DNA from: Acutalibacteraceae bacterium
Lineage (GTDB): Bacteria; Bacillota; Clostridia; Oscillospirales; Acutalibacteraceae
Assembly (NCBI GenBank): GCA_045532505.1
Contig: JAZSGB010000070.1
Coordinates: forward strand, 7,941-71,940
DNA length: 64,000 bases
Reading direction: 5' to 3'
Positions 29,697 to 39,236 of this stretch are shown piece by piece. Within the stretch, counting starts at the first letter, position 1, and each line of letters starts with the position of its first letter. The notes beneath the pieces are model-generated. The model was not told the DNA's origin. It did not search any database and worked only from the letters and a program-made list of their open reading frames with translations. The translations under genes and the position numbers were made by a program.

Positions 29697-30311
29697 GTGA
29701 TTTTTTTGGCAACTTATTCAGAAAGAATAGTTGAATTAAGAGCAGAGCGTGGCCTTAGCCAAAAGGCTGCTGCCGTTGATTTAGGTGTTTCGCAAGCTCT
29801 TCTTTCCCACTACGAGAAGGGAATCAGGGAATTTAACCTGGATTTTCTTTGTAAAATTGCAGAGTACTATAATGTAACAACCGACTACATTTTAGGCAGA
29901 ACAGACAGCCGAACAGGACTTGATTCAAAGGTGCTCGAGGATAAGGATGAGGACTCCATTTTTAACACCCGAACAATTTACCGTGCTGCAATTATGACCC
30001 ACGAAAGAATGAACGCAGGCTCCTCACAAGCAGGTGATGCTGCCGATTTTTTGTATGCTATAGCACTTTACCGTACACTTTTTGCAGCTGCACAGCAGGG
30101 ATATATTCCAAAAAGATGGTTTTCGCTGCCACAGCGCTTTGCCCAGCCACTTGCACTTTCTGCTACAGAAATCATTTTAAATGACTTCCCTGAAAAGACG
30201 GTTACTGCCAGAAGATACGGCGGCCCCGAACCAAAAAGCATCGAGGCCGTCATTAAAGGCGTAGAAGGTATTATAAGCAAAAATTTAGACAAAATCAAGA
30301 TATCTGACTAA
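29697..30311 (+). CDS. XRE-family helix-turn-helix transcriptional regulator with C-terminal domain of unknown function
   Basis: RIVELRAERGLSQKAAAVDLGVSQALLSHYEKG HTH. The start codon is uncertain (GTG 29697 or TTG 29706). Confidence 0.7.
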   Translation: MIFLATYSERIVELRAERGLSQKAAAVDLGVSQALLSHYEKGIREFNLDFLCKIAEYYNVTTDYILGRTDSRTGLDSKVLEDKDEDSIFNTRTIYRAAIMTHERMNAGSSQAGDAADFLYAIALYRTLFAAAQQGYIPKRWFSLPQRFAQPLALSATEIILNDFPEKTVTARRYGGPEPKSIEAVIKGVEGIISKNLDKIKISD

Positions 30312-31736
30312 TTATGCTTTTAATATCTCTTTATACATTTTGATATATTCGTTGGCAGACTTGCCCCAGCTGTTATCGCTTTCCATAGCGCGCTTAACAA
30401 GTATTGCCCAACCCTTTTTATCCTGGTAGCCCTCAACTGCTCTTCTTATTGAATGGAGCATATCGTGAGCATTGTAGGTAGAAAATACAAAGCCGTTGCC
30501 TTCACCATCACCACTATCGGTAACAGAATCACGAAGGCCACCTGTCTCACGTACAATAGGTATTGTGCCGTAACGCAGAGCTACCATTTGTGAAAGTCCG
30601 CAAGGCTCGCTCTTTGATGGCATAAGGAACATATCTGCACCTGCATATATTTTACGTGCAAGGTCAGGTATAAAGCCAAGGCAAAGGCCAACCTGCTCAG
30701 GATACCTTGCTGCAAGGCCTCGGAAGAATTCCTCATACTGATAATCACCGGAGCCTAAAACTACAAGCTGAATATCTGTTGTGGAAAGAAGCTCATCTAA
30801 AACCTCTTTGCAAAGGTCGAGACCCTTGTGCGAAACAAGGCGTGTAACCATACCCATAACAGGAGTATCACTTTTCTCCGGAAGCCCTAAAAGCTTCTGG
30901 AGTTCTCTTTTATTAACATATTTGCCTCTGATATTATCAGCTGTGTAATTTTTAAAAATATTCTTATCTGTTTCAGGGTCGTAGTTTATAACATCTATAC
31001 CGTTAAGAATACCTCTAAGCTTATATGAGCGCTCCTTAAGTATAGTATCAAGCCCGTGTGAATACCAAGGGTCTAAAATCTCCCTTGCGTAGGATGGGCT
31101 AACTGTGCTTACTGCGTTTGCACACTCAATACCACCCTTCATAAGGTTAATTGCACCATCGTATTCAAGAAGGCTTCTGTGTGCATTGTCAATACCTACA
31201 ACGTTATCAACAAGCTCCTCACCATATACGCCCTGGTACTGAATATTGTGAATTGTAAATACTGTTTTAATGTTTTCATATCCCGGTCTTTGAGCATAAA
31301 TTGTGCTGTAGTAAACAGGTGTTAATGCTGTTTGCCAGTCGTTACAATGAATAATATCGGGCTTAAAATCAATGTGTGGAAGCATTTCAAGTATAGCTCT
31401 TGAGAAAAATGCAAAGCGCTCTGCATCATCATAAAAGCCGTACAAGGTATCTCTTTTGAAATAATACTGATTATCTAAAAGATAATATATTACTCCACCA
31501 CTTCTTGCTTCAAAAATACCACAATATTGTCTGCGCCAAGCAACAGGCACACAAATATTTGTAACAAATTTCATTGTATCCTTAAGCTCTTGCTTAATAC
31601 CGTCGTAAAGAGGCATTACAACTCTGCAGCCTACAAGCCTTTTTCTTAATGCCTGTGGAAGAGAGCCTGCAACATCACCAAGACCACCACTTGCTATAAA
31701 TGGTAATGCTTCACTTGCTGCATATAAAACCTTCAT
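30312..31736 (-). CDS. glgA: glycogen synthase
   Basis: KVLYAASEALPFIASGGLGDVAGSLP (KxGGL) and GT5-like sequence. Confidence 0.9.
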   Translation of the reverse strand: MKVLYAASEALPFIASGGLGDVAGSLPQALRKRLVGCRVVMPLYDGIKQELKDTMKFVTNICVPVAWRRQYCGIFEARSGGVIYYLLDNQYYFKRDTLYGFYDDAERFAFFSRAILEMLPHIDFKPDIIHCNDWQTALTPVYYSTIYAQRPGYENIKTVFTIHNIQYQGVYGEELVDNVVGIDNAHRSLLEYDGAINLMKGGIECANAVSTVSPSYAREILDPWYSHGLDTILKERSYKLRGILNGIDVINYDPETDKNIFKNYTADNIRGKYVNKRELQKLLGLPEKSDTPVMGMVTRLVSHKGLDLCKEVLDELLSTTDIQLVVLGSGDYQYEEFFRGLAARYPEQVGLCLGFIPDLARKIYAGADMFLMPSKSEPCGLSQMVALRYGTIPIVRETGGLRDSVTDSGDGEGNGFVFSTYNAHDMLHSIRRAVEGYQDKKGWAILVKRAMESDNSWGKSANEYIKMYKEILKA

Positions 31737-31765
31737 AAGAAATCTCCTTTTAATTACTAAATTAA

Positions 31766-32305
31766 TTAACCCATAAAGCTTTCGAACATATATGACAGCT
31801 CACCGTAGAAATCCGATGAAAAGAAAATTATGAGTATTATTATTCCCAAAATTATAGGTAAGGCTATTTCGCAAATTGTTTTGAAAAGCATTGACCTTTT
31901 CATTGCGTTGAGCTGTTTTTCCAGCTTTTCAACTCGCGCTAAAAGCCGGGCTACATCAACCTGCTCACCGTTTACTGCCACAGTTGATTTTGGTTTTGCT
32001 TGAGCAGGTGCATTTACAGGGGTAGAGTATGGCTCTGCCTGTGGTGGTTCTGCCGATACGGGAGTTCCTCCGTTTTTTTCGTAAAGCTCTTCAAGAGCAG
32101 CCGAAATCTCGGCAGCACGCTCAGGAACATCCTTAGTTAATACTGCCTTAATCCAGTTAAGCTGTGCCTCACCTGCATTATTTGCATTTAATGTTTTTAA
32201 CTGCCTTTGGCAAAATGAGCACACACTTACATCTAAAGCACCTATTTTGCCTTCAACAAAATCTAATGCATCTGTTTTACAACCACAAACAGGACATACT
32301 GCCAT
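31766..32305 (-). CDS. zinc-ribbon / coiled-coil protein with C-terminal TM anchor, unknown function
   Basis: CPVCGC...CSFCQ, a Pro/Ala-rich linker, a LEKLEKQLNAMK coiled-coil-like stretch, and TM segment ALPIILGIIILIIFF. Confidence 0.55.
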   Translation of the reverse strand: MAVCPVCGCKTDALDFVEGKIGALDVSVCSFCQRQLKTLNANNAGEAQLNWIKAVLTKDVPERAAEISAALEELYEKNGGTPVSAEPPQAEPYSTPVNAPAQAKPKSTVAVNGEQVDVARLLARVEKLEKQLNAMKRSMLFKTICEIALPIILGIIILIIFFSSDFYGELSYMFESFMG

Positions 32306-32337
32306 ACCTGTCCCTCCTAAAAGTTCAAATTAAATGC

Positions 32338-33450
32338 TTAGATAACGATATCCTTACCAACAAATAACGGATAGCTCTTATCGCCCGAAAGCACCTTTTT
32401 AGGTGTAATCATTGTGTTTTTATCCATAATTACACAGTTAAGCTTTGCATCCTCACCTACAAAAGCATCCTGCATAAGTATGGAGTTTTCAACAACTGCA
32501 CCCTTTGCAACCCTTGCGCCACGGAAAACGATACTGTTTTTAACTGTACCCTCAATTTGGCAACCGTCTGCAATAAGGGAATTCCGGCAGCATGAGGAAA
32601 TGCCGTATACAACAGGCATATCATCACGCACCTTTGTATAAACAGGGCTTTCGTTGCTGAAAAGCGCCTTTCTTGATGCTTTTTCAAGAAGAGCCATATT
32701 TGCTGCAAAGTATGAGTTCATACTGTCAATTGTATAATTCCACTCTTTAATTTCGTAGCCGTAAATATTAAGAGTAGCAACGTTCTTCTGAATAATATCC
32801 TTCTCAAAGCTTGTGTAAGCATAGCTTTCAGCATCGCCGATAAGTCTTTCGAGAAGTGCTTTTCTTATAAGAATAATGTGAGCAATATAATTTACATCGG
32901 AGTTAGTTTTAACATCGATGCCTACGCTTGTGATTTTTGAATCTGCATCAACCTCAATTACAGCCTGGTTCTGAAGCTTTGGAAGCTGACCGTGGCAGTA
33001 GCCGATTGTAATATCTGCATTCTTTTGTGAATGAAAATCAAAAAGCTTTGATAAATCCATATTGCACACGAAGTTAGAATCCATAAGGAGCACATACTCC
33101 TGCTTTGAGTGAGAAATGAAATCCATAATTCTTGCCAAAGCATCTATTCTGTTTGAAGAATCTGCTGCTGTTGGTGTGAATGGCGGAAGCATTGTAAGAC
33201 CATCAACCTTTCTTGAAAGGTCCCAAGGTCTGCCGCTGCCGATGTGGTCCATAAGTGAACGGAAGTTGCTGTTTGCAATAACGCCAACCTTTGTAATACC
33301 ACAGTTAACCATATTTGAAAGTGGGAAATCTATAAGGCGATATCTGCCACCGAAGGGAACAGAGCCCATTGTGCGCCTTGCTGTAAGAGCCTCAAGGCAA
33401 GTATCGTATGAATTGGAATAAACTATTCCGAGAACATTTTTAGGCATCAT
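32338..33450 (-). CDS. glgD: glucose-1-phosphate adenylyltransferase, GlgD subunit
   Basis: GlgC paralog lacking the GGxGxRL motif (has [27 protein letters not shown]). Its start overlaps the glgC stop. Confidence 0.85.
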   Translation of the reverse strand: MMPKNVLGIVYSNSYDTCLEALTARRTMGSVPFGGRYRLIDFPLSNMVNCGITKVGVIANSNFRSLMDHIGSGRPWDLSRKVDGLTMLPPFTPTAADSSNRIDALARIMDFISHSKQEYVLLMDSNFVCNMDLSKLFDFHSQKNADITIGYCHGQLPKLQNQAVIEVDADSKITSVGIDVKTNSDVNYIAHIILIRKALLERLIGDAESYAYTSFEKDIIQKNVATLNIYGYEIKEWNYTIDSMNSYFAANMALLEKASRKALFSNESPVYTKVRDDMPVVYGISSCCRNSLIADGCQIEGTVKNSIVFRGARVAKGAVVENSILMQDAFVGEDAKLNCVIMDKNTMITPKKVLSGDKSYPLFVGKDIVI

Positions 33451-34667
33451 ACTGTTTCACCCTCCTTAACATCTTCTGAAATCATTGACTGTGCTTTTAC
33501 CTTTGCATTTTTGCCTACTGTTACATTAGGGCCGACTACGCTTACGCCCCAATTTTCCAGATTTTCGCATTTTTCAGGGTTTTCACCTACAACTGCACCC
33601 TCTTCAATAACTGCATTTTCTGCAACCATTGCATACTGCACAACTGCGCCCTTTTTAACAACTGCGCCCGGCATAATAATTGAATAATCTACATATGCGC
33701 CCTCTTCAACAGTAACATCAGAGAAAAGCACAGAGTAATCTATTTTACCCTCAATTTCGCTACCTGCTGTTACAATAGAGTTCTCAACAACAGCGCTGTC
33801 TGCAATATACTGTGGTGCGCTGTTTGCGCCTCTGCCGTAAATTTTCCAGCTTGTGTCGCTAAGGTCAATGTTAACCTTTGGATTAAGAAGGTCAAGGTTA
33901 GCCTCCCAAAGGGAATCTATTGTACCAACATCCTTCCAATAACCGTCAAAGCCGTATGCGAAAAGTCTTTCGCCTGCCTCGTGCATTGCAGGGATAACAT
34001 TTTTACCGAAGTCATTTGATGATGCAGGGTCGTTTTCATCATCAATAAGGTACTTGCGAAGCTTTTCCCAAGTAAACATATAAACACCCATAGATGCCTT
34101 GTTGCTCTTTGGATTTTTTGGTTTTTCCTCAAAGGCAGTAATTCTGCCGTCATCATCTACAAACATAAGGCCGAAACGGGAAGCCTCCTCCCACGGCACC
34201 TCAAGCATAGCAATTGTACAAGCAGCATCCTTATCCTTATGGAACTGAAGCATTTTTGCATAGTCCATTTTGTAGATATGGTCGCCTGAAAGAATTGCAA
34301 CATATTCAGGGTTGTATCTGTCAATAAACTGAATATTCTGGTAAATAGCATTTGCTGTGCCCTTATACCACTCTGTACCCTCTATTTGCTGGTAAGGCGA
34401 AAGTATATGAACACCACCGTCTGCCCTGTCAAGGTCCCAAGGGCCACCGTTACCGATGTAGCCGTTAAGCTCGAGTGGCTGGTACTGGGTAAGAACACCT
34501 ACGGTGTAAATACCTGAGTTTACACAGTTTGAAAGTGGAAAGTCAATAATTCTGTACTTGCCGCCGTATGGAACAGCAGGTTTAGCAATATTTTTTGTAA
34601 GCACACCAAGACGGGAGCCCTGGCCACCTGCAAGCAGCATTGCTATACATTCTGTTTTTTTTGCCAT
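33447..34667 (-). CDS. glgC: glucose-1-phosphate adenylyltransferase
   Basis: [44 protein letters not shown]. Confidence 0.9.
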   Translation of the reverse strand: MAKKTECIAMLLAGGQGSRLGVLTKNIAKPAVPYGGKYRIIDFPLSNCVNSGIYTVGVLTQYQPLELNGYIGNGGPWDLDRADGGVHILSPYQQIEGTEWYKGTANAIYQNIQFIDRYNPEYVAILSGDHIYKMDYAKMLQFHKDKDAACTIAMLEVPWEEASRFGLMFVDDDGRITAFEEKPKNPKSNKASMGVYMFTWEKLRKYLIDDENDPASSNDFGKNVIPAMHEAGERLFAYGFDGYWKDVGTIDSLWEANLDLLNPKVNIDLSDTSWKIYGRGANSAPQYIADSAVVENSIVTAGSEIEGKIDYSVLFSDVTVEEGAYVDYSIIMPGAVVKKGAVVQYAMVAENAVIEEGAVVGENPEKCENLENWGVSVVGPNVTVGKNAKVKAQSMISEDVKEGETV

Positions 34668-34700
34668 TTGTGTCACTATCCTTTACTATATTAATTTGAA

Positions 34701-36608
34701 TTATTTTGCTTTTGCTTCTTTATTTTTGGGTTTAAGGTAAATAGTAGTCATAGGTGGAAGCTTCATTTCAATGTAGTGCTCGTAGCCGTGCATCGGGCCT
34801 TCCTTTACCGTGTACGTTTTCTTTACCCTTTCACCATTACCACCGAATTTTTTACTGTCGGTGTTAAATACTATTTCATAAGCGTCTGCTTCGGGAACAC
34901 CGATTTTATACTGCTCCCTCATAACAGGGGTAAAGTTGCAGATTGCAACAACTCGCTCATTGTTTTCATCGTTTCTTACAAAAGCGATAACGGAATTATC
35001 CTTATCATCGCTGACTATCCAGTTAAAGCCCTCCCAGCTGTAGTCTATCTGCCACATCGGGGAATTAGCCTTATAGAACTTATTAAGCTCCCTTACATAG
35101 TCCTGCAATAAAACGTGCATTTCATAATCAAGCAGAATCCAGTCGAGGCCTTTTTTGTAGTCCCATTCAATAAACTGACCAAATTCTGTACCCATAAACA
35201 ACAGCTTTTTACCGGGATGTGCATACATATATCCCAAGAAAGCTCTTACCCCTGCAAATTTTTCGTTGTAGTTGCCGGGTATTTTGTTTATAAGTGAGCA
35301 TTTACCGTGTACTACCTCATCGTGGGATATAGGCAAAACAAAGTTTTCGGAAAATGCGTAGAAAAACGAGAAGGTGATTAAATCGTGATTGTATTTTTTG
35401 TGGATACCTTCAAGCGAGAAGTAACGAAGAATATCGTTCATCCAACCCATATTCCACTTAAAATTGTAGCCGAGTCCACCCATAAACGCAGGCTTTGATA
35501 CCATAGGCCAGGCAGTGCTTTCCTCGGCAATCATCATAATATCGCCGTGCTCCTTGAAAACCGTTTCGTTAAGCATTTTCATAAATGCAATAGCCTCAAG
35601 GTTTTCGTTACCACCGTTTTCGTTAGCAATCCATTGGCCATCCTCCCTGTTGTAGTCAAGGTAGAGCATAGATGCTACAGCATCTACTCTAAGACCGTCT
35701 ATATGGTATTCATCAAACCAGAAAAGAGCATTTGAAATAAGGAAGGACTGCACCTCATTCCTGCCGTAGTCAAACACCTTGGTTCCCCACTGCAGGTGCT
35801 CACCCTTTTTAGGGTCCTTATACTCGTAGCAGGCATCACCGTCAAAGTTTGCAAGGCCGTGAGCATCTTTAGGGAAGTGGGCTGGTACCCAGTCAACAAT
35901 AATACCTATGTCTGCTTTGTGGCACTCATCTACAAAGTATTTAAAATCATCGGGTGTGCCGTAGCGAGAGGTTACTGCAAAATAGCCTGTAACCTGGTAA
36001 CCCCAAGAGCCGTCAAACGGGTGCTCTGCAACAGGCAGCACCTCAATGTGGGTGTAACCCATTTGCTTAACATAGCTGACAAGCTCCTTTGCCATATCTC
36101 TGTAACTAAGGGTATTACCGTCCTCGTAAATTTTCCAAGAGCCTAAATGCACCTCGTATATATTTACGGGAGCTTTATAAATTGATTTTTCACGCCTTTT
36201 CTTAAGCCACGCACCATCTCGCCACTTATAGCTTCCCTCAAAAATTTTTGAGGCTGTGCTCGGCCTTGTTTCTGCATGTATTGCATACGGGTCTGCCTTG
36301 TAATACTTAAACCCGTCTGCACCGTGAATCAAGAATTTGTATGAATCAAAATTCTTTACTCCCTCAGCATAGCCTTCCCAAACGCCACCATCGCTCAGGC
36401 GATAAAGTGAACAGGCATTCTCATCCCATCCGTTAAAATCACCTATTACAAAAACGGCAGTTGCGTGTGGAGCCCACACACGAAAAACGTACTTTCCATC
36501 CTCCACCTTGTGGGCACCTAAAAACTCTTGCGCTTTAAAGTTACGCCCTTGGTGAAACACATACAAGGGGAAATCGCTGTAATTCTCCTTGCGAGGATTC
36601 TTTTTCAC
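34701..36608 (-). CDS. glgB: 1,4-alpha-glucan branching enzyme
   Basis: GH13 regions DWVPAHF, GLRVDAVASM, MIAEEST, SHDEVVHGK. A GTG start after GGGGGTGG is likely. Confidence 0.9.
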   Translation of the reverse strand: MKKNPRKENYSDFPLYVFHQGRNFKAQEFLGAHKVEDGKYVFRVWAPHATAVFVIGDFNGWDENACSLYRLSDGGVWEGYAEGVKNFDSYKFLIHGADGFKYYKADPYAIHAETRPSTASKIFEGSYKWRDGAWLKKRREKSIYKAPVNIYEVHLGSWKIYEDGNTLSYRDMAKELVSYVKQMGYTHIEVLPVAEHPFDGSWGYQVTGYFAVTSRYGTPDDFKYFVDECHKADIGIIVDWVPAHFPKDAHGLANFDGDACYEYKDPKKGEHLQWGTKVFDYGRNEVQSFLISNALFWFDEYHIDGLRVDAVASMLYLDYNREDGQWIANENGGNENLEAIAFMKMLNETVFKEHGDIMMIAEESTAWPMVSKPAFMGGLGYNFKWNMGWMNDILRYFSLEGIHKKYNHDLITFSFFYAFSENFVLPISHDEVVHGKCSLINKIPGNYNEKFAGVRAFLGYMYAHPGKKLLFMGTEFGQFIEWDYKKGLDWILLDYEMHVLLQDYVRELNKFYKANSPMWQIDYSWEGFNWIVSDDKDNSVIAFVRNDENNERVVAICNFTPVMREQYKIGVPEADAYEIVFNTDSKKFGGNGERVKKTYTVKEGPMHGYEHYIEMKLPPMTTIYLKPKNKEAKAK

Positions 36609-36901
36609 TTTTCCACCCCCAAAATATAATAACATATTATATCAAGTTAATAATATCAAAATATGGCTACCTTTTCAAGAGTTTTTGATATATTTTGTTC
36701 AAAGGTTAGTTAAATTTTACCATTAGCTTTTGTTACTATTGCACAACAAAAACGACAAAAATTACAAGAACATTAAGTTTGTTTTTGACATATATTTAAA
36801 ATTTAATATTTTAACAAATCGTAAACTTTCAAAAAAACGGGTTATTTTTCTTTTTTGAAAAAAAGAATTAAGAAAATGTGGTAGTATATCTTGTGTTAAA
36901 A

Positions 36902-36913
36902 TTAAACGTTTAA
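36902..36913. promoter_or_regulatory. perfect 12-bp palindrome upstream of marR (candidate MarR operator)
   Basis: ttaaacgtttaa lies about 24 nt upstream of the marR ATG. Confidence 0.3.
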
Positions 36914-36936
36914 CTATTTTTGAAGGGAGTGCAAAA

Positions 36937-37422
36937 ATGGAGCTACGAGAGCTTGTTCAAGAGCTTATATTGATTTCGGTAATTCACAGGTACCATATAA
37001 CAAAATCAGCATTATCCGTTGGTCTTTACTTCGGACAACCCAAAATGCTTGAATATATTTTAGAGCACGATGCCTGCTCACAAAAAGAAATTGCTAAAGC
37101 AATGCACATAACACCTGCAAGCGCAGCAGTATCTTTAAAAAGAATGGAAAAATCGGAGCTTATTACTCGCTCACCCGACAGTAAAGACCCGAGAAAAAAC
37201 CACATTTCCATTACGAAAAAGGGAAAAAACGCTTTAACCGAATTCAGAAAGATTTGTGATACAACAGATGAAAATATGTTTAAGGGCTTTTCAGACGAAG
37301 AAAGAGAGGCACTCCACAAGCTTCTTTCTCGGCTTCACGAAAATCTTGATTCCCAATCACTTTCAAAAGAAGAGGTTTGCGACTTACTCAGCAACGCCAC
37401 ACCGAAAGGAGAAAATGATTAA
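36937..37422 (+). CDS. MarR-family transcriptional regulator
   Basis: Winged-helix segment SQKEIAKAMHITPASAAVSLKRMEKSELITR. Confidence 0.8.
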   Translation: MELRELVQELILISVIHRYHITKSALSVGLYFGQPKMLEYILEHDACSQKEIAKAMHITPASAAVSLKRMEKSELITRSPDSKDPRKNHISITKKGKNALTEFRKICDTTDENMFKGFSDEEREALHKLLSRLHENLDSQSLSKEEVCDLLSNATPKGEND

Positions 37423-39221
37423 TGCTTAAACAAATTTTACCCTTTGCAAAAAAATACAGGGTGCCTGCAATACTTTCCCCTCTTTGCATTGTTTTTGAGG
37501 TGCTTATTGAGGTAACCATTCCCCTTCTTATGTCAGTTATTGTTGACTGTGGCATTTCGGGGCAGTCCCTTGCCGAAAAGGAAAGCTTTGTTGCAGATAT
37601 TCTCATATCTATGGGCTTCGGCAACAAAACAGGTGTTGACCTTATAATTGCAACAGGTGGACTTATGCTTGGCCTTGCCTGTGTTTCTCTCTTATGTGGT
37701 GCAAGTGCTGCTTACTTTGCATCTAAAGCAGGTATGGGCTTTGGTGCAGAGCTCAGAGGTGGTATTTTTGCCAAGGTGCAAAGCTACGCCTTCTCTAATG
37801 TTGATAAATTTTCAACAGGCTCAATTATTACCAGAATGACTACCGATATCGGTATGATACAAATGGGCTTTATGATGGCTTTGCGTATGCTCATACGCTC
37901 CCCTCTTATGTTTGCAATGGCAATTTCTATGGCATTTACCATCAACAAAAAGCTTTCCCTTGTTTTCCTTTGTATAGCGCCTATTATGTTTGCACTTATA
38001 CTTGGTATAGGTGCAGCTGCACACAAGCGCTTTACAAAAATGTTTAAAAAATACGACCGGTTCAATAATTTTATTCAGGAAAACCTTATTGCAGCAAGAG
38101 TGGTAAAGGCCTTTGTAAGAGCAAAGCACGAAAAGGATAAATTCAAAGCCACAAACGATGAGCTTCGTGATGCATCAATTTTTGCAGAAAAGCTTATTAT
38201 TCTTAACGGCCCTATAATGAGCATTTCCATTTACAGCTGTATTCTTCTTGTTATATGGATCGGCTCACAGCTTATACTTAACGGCAATATGCTTTTAGGC
38301 GACCTTATGAGCTTTATAACATACATTCAGCAAATATTTATGTCGCTTATGATTGTTTCTATGATATTTGTAATGTCTGTTATGGCAAAGGCATCAATAA
38401 CCCGTATAAACGAGCTGCTTTCCGAAAAGCCGGGTATTGATGACGAGGGCTGCGACCGGGCTGCAGTTGTGGAAAACGGCAGCATAGAGTTCAGAGATGT
38501 TTCCTTTAAATACAGCAAGGATGCCGAAAACGATGTACTCAAAAGCATTAATCTTACTATTGAGTCAGGGCAAACAATCGGCATTCTTGGTGGCACAGGC
38601 TCTGCTAAAACCTCACTTGTGCATTTAATTCCACGCTTGTACGATGTTACCGAGGGCCAGGTGCTTGTAGGTGGCAGAGATGTAAGAGAATACCCTTTGC
38701 ACACTTTAAGAAACAGCGTTTCTATGGTGCTTCAAACAAATCTTCTTTTCTCGGGTACTATAGAAGAAAACCTGCGCTGGGGTGACGAAGCAGCCACAAT
38801 GGATGAAATAAGAGCTGCTGCCCGACTTGCACAGGCTGATGATTTTGTTATGAGCTTCCCCGATGGCTACCAAACAGATCTAGGTCAGGGTGGTGTGAAT
38901 GTTTCGGGTGGACAAAAGCAAAGGCTTTGTATAGCCCGTGCAATACTAAAAAAGCCTAAGGTGCTTATACTTGATGACTCAACAAGCGCAGTAGATACTG
39001 CAACAGACGGTAAAATTCGTGAAGGAATGAAGAGCCTGTTGCCTGATACAACAAAAATTATAATCGCACAACGTATAAATTCTATTCAGCACGCAGATAA
39101 AATAGTAGTGCTTGATGACGGCAGAATAGATGATATCGGCACACACGAGGAATTGCTGCAGCGCAACGAAATATACCGTGAGGTTTATATTTCACAGCAG
39201 GAAAGCAAAATGGAACAATAA
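37422..39221 (+). CDS. ABC exporter permease/ATPase, subunit 1 of a heterodimeric pair
   Basis: TMD followed by Walker A GGTGSAKTS, signature VSGGQKQR, Walker B LILDDSTSAVD. Confidence 0.85.
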   Translation: MLKQILPFAKKYRVPAILSPLCIVFEVLIEVTIPLLMSVIVDCGISGQSLAEKESFVADILISMGFGNKTGVDLIIATGGLMLGLACVSLLCGASAAYFASKAGMGFGAELRGGIFAKVQSYAFSNVDKFSTGSIITRMTTDIGMIQMGFMMALRMLIRSPLMFAMAISMAFTINKKLSLVFLCIAPIMFALILGIGAAAHKRFTKMFKKYDRFNNFIQENLIAARVVKAFVRAKHEKDKFKATNDELRDASIFAEKLIILNGPIMSISIYSCILLVIWIGSQLILNGNMLLGDLMSFITYIQQIFMSLMIVSMIFVMSVMAKASITRINELLSEKPGIDDEGCDRAAVVENGSIEFRDVSFKYSKDAENDVLKSINLTIESGQTIGILGGTGSAKTSLVHLIPRLYDVTEGQVLVGGRDVREYPLHTLRNSVSMVLQTNLLFSGTIEENLRWGDEAATMDEIRAAARLAQADDFVMSFPDGYQTDLGQGGVNVSGGQKQRLCIARAILKKPKVLILDDSTSAVDTATDGKIREGMKSLLPDTTKIIIAQRINSIQHADKIVVLDDGRIDDIGTHEELLQRNEIYREVYISQQESKMEQ

Positions 39222-39236
39222 GAAAGGAGAGTTGTT

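Noticed and set aside
36855-36887. Candidate marR promoter TTGAAA ... TGgTAGTAT.
   Set aside because: The spacer between the -35-like and -10-like hexamers is about 21 nt, too long for a standard sigma-A promoter. Only the nearby palindrome is reported, at low confidence.
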